Assembly (NCBI GenBank): GCA_037146775.1
Contig: JBAWWL010000002.1
Coordinates: 262,554 to 326,553, forward strand
DNA from: Candidatus Omnitrophota bacterium
GTDB taxonomy: Bacteria > Omnitrophota > Gorgyraeia > Duberdicusellales > 4484-171
Length of the DNA: 64,000 nucleotides
Direction: 5' to 3'
Notes under the pieces: model-generated
The model's database searches: none
What the model was told of the DNA's origin: nothing
Seen by the model: the letters and a program-made list of their open reading frames with translations, nothing else
Part shown: one piece after another, positions 9,653-18,181 of the stretch
Position numbering within the stretch: position 1 is the stretch's first letter
How the letters are laid out: each line of letters begins with the position of its first letter
Position numbers and translations under genes: made by a program

Positions 9653-10582
9653 ATGATTACTTTAGTTATACCATGTTTTAATGAACAAGAAAATCTGCCT
9701 TTACTTTATGAAAAAATTATAAAGGCAGCTGAAGAATGGAAGGAGCCGTTTGAGGTGATTATCATTGATGACGGTTCAAATGATTCTACGTGGGAGATAC
9801 TAAAACAATTTCATACCAAGGATGTCCGGTGGAAAGCTTTGCGATTTTCAAGGAATTTTGGCCATCAAAAAGCCATTTCAGCTGGCTTATTCTATGCTGG
9901 TGGCGATTGCGCAGTTATTTTAGATGCGGATTTGCAGGATTCTCCAGGAGAGGTACGTCGTTTTATAGAGAAATGGAAAGAAGGATACGAAGTTATCTAT
10001 GCGATACGCCTGAAGCGCAAAGAGAATTTTTTTAAAAGAGTAAGTTATAAGATTTTTTATAGAATACTGGGATGCCTGTCTGACATTAAAATTCCTTACG
10101 ATTCTGGCGATTTTTGCCTTATTGACCGTAAGGTTATAGATGTATTGAATAGTATCCGCGAGCAAGACCGTTTTGTGCGCGGTTTACGTGCGTGGATAGG
10201 CTTTCGCCAGGTTGGTATAAAATATGAGCGCAATATACGTCATGCCGGGAAACCAAAATTTACCTTGCGTAAGCTAAAGAACCTTGCCTTTTCCGGAATT
10301 TTTTCTTTCTCGATAGTGCCTTTGCAGATTGCTACTTATTTAGGGCTAATTATCTGCGCTACTACTTTTTTATTAGCTATCTTTTATTTTTTTAAGCATT
10401 TTTCAGTACAGCCACATTATATTTTGATAATTGCTTTTTTTCTGGGTGGCGCCCAATTGCTTTGCTTGGGTGTTCTGGGCGAGTATATAGGCCGTATATA
10501 TAACGAAGTAAGAAACCGGCCATTATGGATAATTAGAGATACGCTGGGTATCAATATAAAAAAGCACTTTAACAGCTTATGA
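9653..10582 (+). CDS. GT2 polyprenyl-phosphate glycosyltransferase (GtrB/ArnC-like) with C-terminal TM helices
   Basis: LVIPCFNEQENLP...IIDDGSNDST...ILDADLQDSP plus two C-terminal hydrophobic helices. Confidence 0.7.
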   Translation: MITLVIPCFNEQENLPLLYEKIIKAAEEWKEPFEVIIIDDGSNDSTWEILKQFHTKDVRWKALRFSRNFGHQKAISAGLFYAGGDCAVILDADLQDSPGEVRRFIEKWKEGYEVIYAIRLKRKENFFKRVSYKIFYRILGCLSDIKIPYDSGDFCLIDRKVIDVLNSIREQDRFVRGLRAWIGFRQVGIKYERNIRHAGKPKFTLRKLKNLAFSGIFSFSIVPLQIATYLGLIICATTFLLAIFYFFKHFSVQPHYILIIAFFLGGAQLLCLGVLGEYIGRIYNEVRNRPLWIIRDTLGINIKKHFNSL

Positions 10583-12360
10583 AAATTCGAATAAATAATT
10601 TTATTACGTGGCGTAAGTCATTTTTTGTTTTTGGAATATTTTTGATTTTTACAGCTATATTCCTTCCAGTAGATTATTTAGTAAATAACGCAATTTCTCC
10701 GCAGATTGCCCAAGAGATAAAAAATCAAGGTATTCCCGGCCGTATGTTAGCATTACAGAATCAATTTAGATTGGGGTTATTATTTTTACGTATTGCTTCT
10801 GTTTTGCTTGGTGGATGGTTGTTAGTTTTAGCCCGTTTCTGGAATTATTTAAAAAAATGGTCATTCGAGACGCTGATAAAAAAGCGCAAAGCTGACTATT
10901 TTGATTCTGATAGTATAGACCTAAGGAAAGAAATTATATTTCCAGGTATTTGTTTTATCTTAGTAATAATAATTTCTGTACCCATACTTTATAAAGGATT
11001 TGATCATTGTGAACTTACTAATTATTTAATGTTAGCTAAGAGAGGTCCGTTGGTTAGCATGGCTTGTCAAAATATGGAGTCTCGTGCCGGTCATCCTGGT
11101 TTTACAGTGGTAGAAAGTATTTTTGTAAAAATTTTAGGGGGTTCAGAAGCTACCGCGAGATTACCGGCTCTTATCTTTGGAGCCTTTGTTATGTTTCCGG
11201 TATATTTCATTGCTCGCAAGTATGGCCCGATTTCTTTTGCGAATTTAGTTTGTTTAGGACTAGCGGCAAACGGATTTTACCTTTTTTATAATACTTATGC
11301 CAGGGGCTACGCTTTTGCGTTAGCAGCGTATATGTTTTGTGTTGCTATAGTGCTTTCGATACGTTTACATCCAAACTGGAATAAATGGGTGTGGCTAGGT
11401 GTTTTTACTATTATTGCCTGTTATTCTCACCAAGGATCAGCGCTGTATCTTAGCTGCTTAATTTTTTTCCTTTTAATTGAACGATACAAAATGGGTGGCA
11501 TGAAATTTTTGGTGCAGCCGGCCATTACGTTAGGAACAGTTATTTTGATTCTATTTTTTCTCTATTCCGTAGCAATTCCTAGTGATTTAAAATATTTAAA
11601 AGAATTTTCAGTAACCAACTATTATCAATCTTACCATATTAACCCGCGTTTGCTTAAAGTTATGGTTGAATCTTGGTCCTGGTTGCGAGGCATGGTTTTT
11701 GTAGGGTGGATTCAGTTTAGTTTATCTACGATAGGAATGGTTTGGCTACTCCGCCGTCGCTTTTGGACTACGATATACTTAGTTGGCCCTGCTGTTATTG
11801 GTATTACAATAATCTGGTCACGGGAATTATATGTTTTTACCCGATATTTTTTGCATTTCTTACCGGTATATGTTTTACTCAGTGTTTTTCCTTTATGGCG
11901 AATTCCCACAAATATTTTAAAAATAAATCGTAGGGTAGCAGAAATATCTCTTGGGCTATTGCTGGTAATTTTTATGACAATATCATTATATCGTATATAT
12001 GCAATGGAGCGCTGTGGGGTGCGGGCTGCAGTTAGTGATGCGCGTAAGCTAATGAGTGCGAATGATCGGGTTATGGCAATCCTCGATGGATATATTACGG
12101 TTAGATATTACTATCCGGAAGTAGTTAATGGATATCGTCACACAAATTTTTGGAAGGAAATTAATAGCGAACAGCCCCCAGAATTTATTATCAATGTTCC
12201 TTATGTTGAGTTTGATATTCCTGGCGGGACTACTGCTATTTTAAAAAAGTATAATCTGGTAAAAAAATATCCGAGTTGGCTTGATGTCGATGACGATCAG
12301 GATTCAATATATCTATATAAATTAAAAATGAAAAATGAAAAACAAAGAATTAATAATTAA
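10579..12360 (+). CDS. polytopic membrane protein, putative GT-C-fold glycosyltransferase
   Basis: 593 aa with many hydrophobic segments; lies between a GtrB-like GT2 and a PMT/ArnT-like gene. Confidence 0.4.
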   Translation: MKIRINNFITWRKSFFVFGIFLIFTAIFLPVDYLVNNAISPQIAQEIKNQGIPGRMLALQNQFRLGLLFLRIASVLLGGWLLVLARFWNYLKKWSFETLIKKRKADYFDSDSIDLRKEIIFPGICFILVIIISVPILYKGFDHCELTNYLMLAKRGPLVSMACQNMESRAGHPGFTVVESIFVKILGGSEATARLPALIFGAFVMFPVYFIARKYGPISFANLVCLGLAANGFYLFYNTYARGYAFALAAYMFCVAIVLSIRLHPNWNKWVWLGVFTIIACYSHQGSALYLSCLIFFLLIERYKMGGMKFLVQPAITLGTVILILFFLYSVAIPSDLKYLKEFSVTNYYQSYHINPRLLKVMVESWSWLRGMVFVGWIQFSLSTIGMVWLLRRRFWTTIYLVGPAVIGITIIWSRELYVFTRYFLHFLPVYVLLSVFPLWRIPTNILKINRRVAEISLGLLLVIFMTISLYRIYAMERCGVRAAVSDARKLMSANDRVMAILDGYITVRYYYPEVVNGYRHTNFWKEINSEQPPEFIINVPYVEFDIPGGTTAILKKYNLVKKYPSWLDVDDDQDSIYLYKLKMKNEKQRINN

Positions 12361-14227
12361 GCAAAAAGGCTTTTTAAGCCACGAGCAACTAACTGAATGT
12401 ATCTTATTTAGCTTAGTTGCAATGATTATCCGTTTAATTTATGTTGCAATGATTACTGCAAAATATGGAGCTGGCCAGCATAGCGATTTTTTGTATATGC
12501 ACCAGTTAGCCCAATCGCTTGCGCAAGGCCTGGGTTTTACTATTGATGGAGTATGGATTTTTAACCAATCACCAGGGTATCCTGTCTTTGTGAGTATTTT
12601 TTATAAAATAATAGACGCGAAATTAATGATTGCGTTTGCGCTCAACATAGTCCTTGGAGCGTTGAGCGTGGCATTGCTTTATATCCTGGCAATATATATG
12701 TTTTCAATATTCAAGCCAGCAAAAGATTCGTATTTTGGAATAGAGGAATCAATTGCTCGTTGTTCTTGTGCGCTTGCTATTATTTACCCTGATAGCCTCC
12801 TATATTGCGCCTATTTTGCTGCCGAGAATCTTTTAATTCCGTTAATTATCTTATTCGTTATTTTTGTTATTAGAGATTGGAGAACTGAATGGTTGGCTGG
12901 TATATTTATAGGGGCGGTTGGAGTTATAATGGCTCAAACCAAAGCATATACGCTTGTATTATGCTTATTTGCACCTTTAATATGGAAGATTCGTGGCCAG
13001 CGCGTTATATACCGTAGTTTAATAGCGATAATTACCGCAGTAGTTATTTTAGCGCCCTGGGCATATCTTAATTATAAAGCTTCCGGAGGAAGAATTGTTC
13101 CTTTTGGTGCATCATTTGGAACAACTTTCTTAGACGGCAACAATCTCCGCGCCAGTGGTAAGCCGACAAATCTTTATTGTTTGCCTGAGAAAGTCGAGAT
13201 TGGCCGTGATGAAATTGAGCTTAATCGATTAAGGCTAAATAAAGCTTTATCATATATTAATGCTAATCCCGGATGGTTTGCGAAACTGACGCTTAAGAAA
13301 TTTTTATTATCTTTTTCTCCGGTGCGGGATTATTTATTTCAAAATAATAATGAAGAACGCCTATTTGCCCCGCTAGTAAGCCGTTGGGTTCCCACTATTT
13401 TTAATACAATATTGCTGTTTGGAATAATAGTTGGGATTATATTTACGTACAAAAAAAAAGAAATTTTTATCGTTGGTTTTTGCTTACTATTGTCTGCCCT
13501 TTTAATCCAATTAGTTTTTTTTGCTTATCCGCGCTATAGATTTCCTTTCTTATTCGCCCTAATTCCTTTCTCGGCCCTTGGCTATATTATGCTTGTAAGT
13601 TTACTGCGTAGCAAACCTCTATTTAAAAATAGCAATCATAAAAAAATAGATTTTTCAAAATATTATAATAGTAAATTTTCTAACTTATTATTTCGCTGGA
13701 TAGATTGGCAAAAAATAACTTTGCTTAAAAGGATTATATCAATTTATAAACCTAAGATTATTGTTGAGTTAGGATCAGGTACTGGGCTTATATCTTCTAA
13801 ATTGCCAGCAAAAATTTTCTGTCTTGAACTTAATCCTGAGCTTGCAAAATTATCTAAAAAAAACGGTATTGTTAGCTGTCAGGCTGATTTAGAAGGTAGG
13901 TTGCCGCTGCGCTCTTCTTCTGCAGAAATGGTTTTCCTGGTTGATAGCATCGAGCACGTTCAAAACCGAGATTTGCTATTTGATGAACTTAAGCGGATAC
14001 TTAAGCCGCAAGGACTGCTTATTATATTTACTCCACCGTATGATTCATTACGTTGGATATTTGCTGAAAAGATACACTTTGCACTTTTACGTAACCCAGC
14101 CGGACATGCTTCTCCCTACACGGAAGAATCTTTACGTTATTTTCTCTCAAAAGGGTTTGAGCAGATAGATATTCGCCGTCTGAATTTTAATTTGACTATG
14201 TGCGCTATGGCGCGCAAAACAGTATAA
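12335..14227 (+). CDS. GT-C (PMT/ArnT-like) membrane glycosyltransferase fused to a class I SAM methyltransferase
   Basis: N-terminal IRLIYVAMITAKYGAGQHSDFLYMHQLAQSLAQGLGFT is PMT/ArnT-like; C-terminal VELGSGTGLIS...LKPQGLLIIFTP are methyltransferase motifs I and post-I. Confidence 0.55.
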   Translation: MKNKELIIKQKGFLSHEQLTECILFSLVAMIIRLIYVAMITAKYGAGQHSDFLYMHQLAQSLAQGLGFTIDGVWIFNQSPGYPVFVSIFYKIIDAKLMIAFALNIVLGALSVALLYILAIYMFSIFKPAKDSYFGIEESIARCSCALAIIYPDSLLYCAYFAAENLLIPLIILFVIFVIRDWRTEWLAGIFIGAVGVIMAQTKAYTLVLCLFAPLIWKIRGQRVIYRSLIAIITAVVILAPWAYLNYKASGGRIVPFGASFGTTFLDGNNLRASGKPTNLYCLPEKVEIGRDEIELNRLRLNKALSYINANPGWFAKLTLKKFLLSFSPVRDYLFQNNNEERLFAPLVSRWVPTIFNTILLFGIIVGIIFTYKKKEIFIVGFCLLLSALLIQLVFFAYPRYRFPFLFALIPFSALGYIMLVSLLRSKPLFKNSNHKKIDFSKYYNSKFSNLLFRWIDWQKITLLKRIISIYKPKIIVELGSGTGLISSKLPAKIFCLELNPELAKLSKKNGIVSCQADLEGRLPLRSSSAEMVFLVDSIEHVQNRDLLFDELKRILKPQGLLIIFTPPYDSLRWIFAEKIHFALLRNPAGHASPYTEESLRYFLSKGFEQIDIRRLNFNLTMCAMARKTV

Positions 14228-14236
14228 ACTAAATGC

Positions 14237-15358
14237 TTGAAGGTGGAAAAGATTAACGTCTTACATGTAGTGCAAACGCTTGATGTCGGCGGGCTTGAGC
14301 GAGTCGTCGTTGATTCCTTTAAATATTACGACAGAAACAAGTTTAATTTTACTGTTTGTTGTTTGAGTGAAGAAGGCATATTGGCAGGAGAATTAAAAAG
14401 ATTGCGCATGGAACCGGTTTTTTTAAACAAGCGAAATGGTCTTGATTTTAGCATAAGCTGCAGAATAATGCAGCTAATTAAAAAAAATGACATTAATATT
14501 CTTCACACCCATAATCAACGGCCTTTGTTTTACGGGGCCATTGCTGCAAGGACGAGTGATTTATTGGCCTATGTGCATACTAGACACGGCCGAAATGATC
14601 CGGATAGTTTTAAAAATGTTCTTATAAACAAATTCTTTAGCTCTTTCGCCGACAGGGTTGTGTGTGTTTCTCGGGATATCTATGAAATCGCGCGCAAGAA
14701 AGAGGGTTTGCCATTGAGTAAGATCGAAGTAATAAGAAATGGCATTGATATAAGTAAATTTGCGTCAATAAAGACAAAAGATAAGTTGCTACTTGCGAAA
14801 TTGGGAATTAAAGAAGGTTCGTTTGTAATTGGTACCGTGGGTAGGCTCTCGCGGATCAAGAATCACACCTTGTTGATAGATGCTTTCAAGAATTTATCTG
14901 CAAAATATTCTAGGGCTATTCTTTTGGTGGTAGGAGACGGCCCCGAAGCACCAAGATTAAAAAAAATTGTCCAAGAGTATGGTTTAACCGAAAAAATTTT
15001 ATTTTTGGGAGAACAAACTGATGTGTCTGCGTCGCTCGGTTTATTTGATATTTTTGTTTTACCTTCATTATCCGAAGGTATTTCTTTGGTGTTGATTGAA
15101 GCTATGGCTGCTGGTTTGCCTATAGTTGCTACCAACGTAGGCGGTAATTCAGAAGTTATTAGTGACGGTGAGAACGGTTTCCTTGTTTCTTCAGGTGATA
15201 CAGCGGCTTTAAGTAATGCCATAGCGCGATTACTAGAGGATGAGGGTTTACGACGGCGCCTTTCGGACGCCAACCGTCATAAAGCGACACAAGAGTTTAA
15301 TATCCAGGTAATGTGTAAAAAATACGAAGAGTTATATACTGCATTAGCGGGGAATTAG
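14237..15358 (+). CDS. glycosyltransferase family 4
   Basis: EGISLVLIEAMAAGLPIVATNVGGNSEVISDGENGFLV; TTG start. Confidence 0.75.
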   Translation: MKVEKINVLHVVQTLDVGGLERVVVDSFKYYDRNKFNFTVCCLSEEGILAGELKRLRMEPVFLNKRNGLDFSISCRIMQLIKKNDINILHTHNQRPLFYGAIAARTSDLLAYVHTRHGRNDPDSFKNVLINKFFSSFADRVVCVSRDIYEIARKKEGLPLSKIEVIRNGIDISKFASIKTKDKLLLAKLGIKEGSFVIGTVGRLSRIKNHTLLIDAFKNLSAKYSRAILLVVGDGPEAPRLKKIVQEYGLTEKILFLGEQTDVSASLGLFDIFVLPSLSEGISLVLIEAMAAGLPIVATNVGGNSEVISDGENGFLVSSGDTAALSNAIARLLEDEGLRRRLSDANRHKATQEFNIQVMCKKYEELYTALAGN

Positions 15359-15360
15359 AT

Positions 15361-15385
15361 GAGGGGTCGAATTGATTGACCCCTC
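15361..15385 (+). other. perfect 8-bp stem hairpin (GAGGGGTC-gaattgatt-GACCCCTC) between the GT4 gene and the GIY-YIG gene
   Basis: Read directly; no U-tract follows. Confidence 0.5.
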
Positions 15386-15774
15386 ATCCTGAGCGTAGCG
15401 AAGGATCTCTAACGGTGAGTAAAGATAAACATCAAGCCGGATATGTATACATCCTAACAAATAGAGGGAATTCGGTTTTGTATACTGGGGCCACAACCAA
15501 TTTGCTTAAAAGAGTTTTCCAGCACAGACAGAGATATCTATCTGGATTCACAAAGCGATATAATTTAAGCAAGTTGGCATATTACGAGGTCTTTATTGAT
15601 ATGGTCAGCGCTCGCGTAAGAGAGCGCAAGATAAAAGGCTGGAAGCGAGGGAGGAAGATAAGTTTAATAGAATCGATGAATCCGATGTGGGAAGATCTCT
15701 ATAATGGATTAGTAAGAGATCCTTCGTCCTTGCGGACTCAGGATGACCCCTTGCTTATTGAAAAAACACCCTAA
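15376..15774 (+). CDS. GIY-YIG nuclease family protein
   Basis: GYVYILTNRGNSVLYTGATTNLLKRVFQH is a GIY-YIG motif; the true start may be GTG near 15415, because the 5' end overlaps a hairpin. Confidence 0.65.
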   Translation: MTPHPERSEGSLTVSKDKHQAGYVYILTNRGNSVLYTGATTNLLKRVFQHRQRYLSGFTKRYNLSKLAYYEVFIDMVSARVRERKIKGWKRGRKISLIESMNPMWEDLYNGLVRDPSSLRTQDDPLLIEKTP

Positions 15775-15786
15775 GGGTTCAATTAT

Positions 15787-16950
15787 ATGAGTTTTATTAT
15801 TCTTTTATTAATCTTTTTATTTTTATTTTTTCTCACAACTATAATTCTGAAAAAGAAAATGCAATATTGGTTTTTTTCTTACGCTAAAACATTTTTTATC
15901 AAAAAAAATAGCACCAATAAACAAAAACCTACAGATATAATATTTTGTCTGGTAGATCATTTTGAGCCAAGTTTTAGAACTAAAGAGGTTACAGTGCAAA
16001 AAAGTAGAGTGGACCGATGGTTAGAAGAATTTCCTCTTTTTTCTGTAACACATCGTGATGGCGATGGTTGTATGCCCAAGCACACTTGGTTTTTCTCGCC
16101 GCATGAAGACACCGAAGATCATCTTGAGCGTCTGACTGGTCTTTGTAAACAAGGCTATGGAGAAATAGAATTACATATGCATCACGACCGTATTTTACCT
16201 TTTCCCGATACATCGGAGACTTTCGAGAGAAAAATCAGGGAAGCCACCGATAGGTACGCGTTGTTAGGCTTATTCGGAAAAGATAACCGTGATGATAAGC
16301 GTAAATTTGGTTTTGTCCACGGCGATTGGGCGCTAGATAATTCAAGAGGAGGAAAATTTTGCGGTATCAATAATGAGTTGCAAATTTTAGCAAAATGTGG
16401 ATGCTACGCTGATTTTACCTTTCCTTCTATTTGTGAATCGCAGCCGCAAAAAATTAATTCTATATATTATGCTTTCGACGATCCGCGGAGGCCAAAATCC
16501 TACGATAGGGGTATTTCGGTAAAGGTTGGGAAGAAAAAATGTGGTGATTTAATGATTATTCAAGGTCCTTTGGGTTTGCATTCAAAGCCCTACAGGCGCT
16601 GGCCGTTTATCGCTATAGAGTCTGCTAATATCTCTTTGACTGATTTACCTTATCCATCAAGGGTCGATTTTTGGGCCAAAACCGGGATAGGAGTGGAAGA
16701 TAAACAAGAATGGATATTCATAAAAGTGCATACCCATGGTGCGTATGAGCCTAATGCTGATGTGCTTTTGGGTGAGCATATGCATACAATGCATTCTTAT
16801 TTAGAAAGCAAATATAACGATGGAATAAATTTCAGATTGCATTATGTTACCGCGCGAGAGCTTTATAATATTGTTAAAGCAGCAGAGAGCGGAGAAATAG
16901 GAAATCCTAGCCAGTTTAGAGATTACTATATTGACAAGCCGCCGTTGTAG
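15787..16950 (+). CDS. hypothetical protein with N-terminal TM anchor
   Basis: 387-aa ORF; His/Asp-rich patches (DHFEP, HMHHD) suggest a metal-dependent hydrolase but no family could be assigned. Confidence 0.3.
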   Translation: MSFIILLLIFLFLFFLTTIILKKKMQYWFFSYAKTFFIKKNSTNKQKPTDIIFCLVDHFEPSFRTKEVTVQKSRVDRWLEEFPLFSVTHRDGDGCMPKHTWFFSPHEDTEDHLERLTGLCKQGYGEIELHMHHDRILPFPDTSETFERKIREATDRYALLGLFGKDNRDDKRKFGFVHGDWALDNSRGGKFCGINNELQILAKCGCYADFTFPSICESQPQKINSIYYAFDDPRRPKSYDRGISVKVGKKKCGDLMIIQGPLGLHSKPYRRWPFIAIESANISLTDLPYPSRVDFWAKTGIGVEDKQEWIFIKVHTHGAYEPNADVLLGEHMHTMHSYLESKYNDGINFRLHYVTARELYNIVKAAESGEIGNPSQFRDYYIDKPPL

Positions 16951-17026
16951 TTTTTCAGTGTTTCGATAACGGCTAGGGTTAGGAAGCCCGTATCGGTTAG
17001 CGGTAACGGTTACGTGGGAATATATT

Positions 17027-18181
17027 ATGAGGGTTTTGTTTCTATCCAATCTTTATCCGAATACGCTTGAGCCGACGCGGGCAACGTTTAATAGGCAGAA
17101 GATAGCTGCATTGAGTAAACATTGCGAAATAACCGTGGTGGCGCCCATATTATGGTTTCCTTTTAAATTCCTATTAAATAAAAAAGAAGCCGCAATTCCT
17201 TTTGAAGAAAATATTGATGGCCTAAAGGTGTATCACCCTAAAGTTTTTTATTTCCCAAAATTTTTTCGGTTTCTATATGGTTTTTTTTACTATACAAGTA
17301 TTGTCGGTTTTGTAATGCGTTTACGTAATAATTTTAGCTTTGATATAATCTTTTCTAGCTGGGTGTATCCGGATGGATATTGCGCAATGCGATTGGCTAA
17401 AAAATTTAGAATTCCCTATATGGTTGAAGCGCTTGGTTCAGACATAAATATTTATACAAAAACGACATTACGCAGAATTATTATCAAACAAATTCTGCGT
17501 CGTGCTACAAAAATAATCACTGTTAGTAAAGATCTTAAGCGAAAAATAATGCAATCTAATATTCCAGAGCAGGCAATATCAATCGTATATGCCGGTATAA
17601 ATCACAAAACATTTTATCCCATGGATAAGACATTAGCCAGAAAGCAGGTTAATGTCAGCGCCGGTAAAGTCGTCATATTTGTCGGAAATCTGGTAAAAAT
17701 AAAAGGAATCGAATATTTATTGAAAGCGATACCTCTGTCTAAAAATAAAGACTGGAAACTTTATATCATCGGTGAGGGTGAGTTGAGAGGGCGTTTTCAA
17801 AAAGTCATTGCTGAACTTGGTTTGGAGGAGCGTGTATTTATGCCTGGCATGGTAGCGCACGATAAACTTTGCCTATGGCTTAATGTATCTGATATGCTAT
17901 GCCTTCCTAGTTTTACCGAAGGAGTGCCTAACGTGGTTCTGGAAGCGATGGCGTGCGGCCTTCCGGTGGTCGCCAGCCGCCTACCCGGAATTATTGAAGT
18001 CACGGATGATCTAACCGCTATTTTAAGTGAACCCGGTAATTCTTGTCAACTTGCAAGTAATATTGATGCGGCGTTGGTAAGAACCTGGGATAGAGACTAT
18101 ATTCATAGAAAAAGTTTAGATTTTGACTGGGATGTGACAGCGCAAGAGTTGTTTAAAAATATACAAATATGTGTGGCATAG
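17027..18181 (+). CDS. glycosyltransferase family 4
   Basis: EGVPNVVLEAMACGLPVVASRLPGIIEV. Confidence 0.7.
   Translation: MRVLFLSNLYPNTLEPTRATFNRQKIAALSKHCEITVVAPILWFPFKFLLNKKEAAIPFEENIDGLKVYHPKVFYFPKFFRFLYGFFYYTSIVGFVMRLRNNFSFDIIFSSWVYPDGYCAMRLAKKFRIPYMVEALGSDINIYTKTTLRRIIIKQILRRATKIITVSKDLKRKIMQSNIPEQAISIVYAGINHKTFYPMDKTLARKQVNVSAGKVVIFVGNLVKIKGIEYLLKAIPLSKNKDWKLYIIGEGELRGRFQKVIAELGLEERVFMPGMVAHDKLCLWLNVSDMLCLPSFTEGVPNVVLEAMACGLPVVASRLPGIIEVTDDLTAILSEPGNSCQLASNIDAALVRTWDRDYIHRKSLDFDWDVTAQELFKNIQICVA

Noticed and set aside
14863-15273. 136-aa minus-strand ORF (also the 180-aa ORF at 26432..26974, the 175-aa ORF at 59325..59852, the 148-aa ORF at 55181..55627, the 127-aa ORF at 41636..42019 and the 149-aa ORF at 60700..61149)
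   Set aside because: All lie antisense inside + strand genes that have strong family motifs. They have no RBS and low-complexity or Ser/Arg-rich translations. They are spurious shadow ORFs.
16991-17020. CGGTAACGGTTAC motif shared between 17008 and 45552 as a possible regulatory site
   Set aside because: Only two copies exist in different contexts and the motif is not palindromic. This is insufficient evidence, so it is noted only inside the repeat description.
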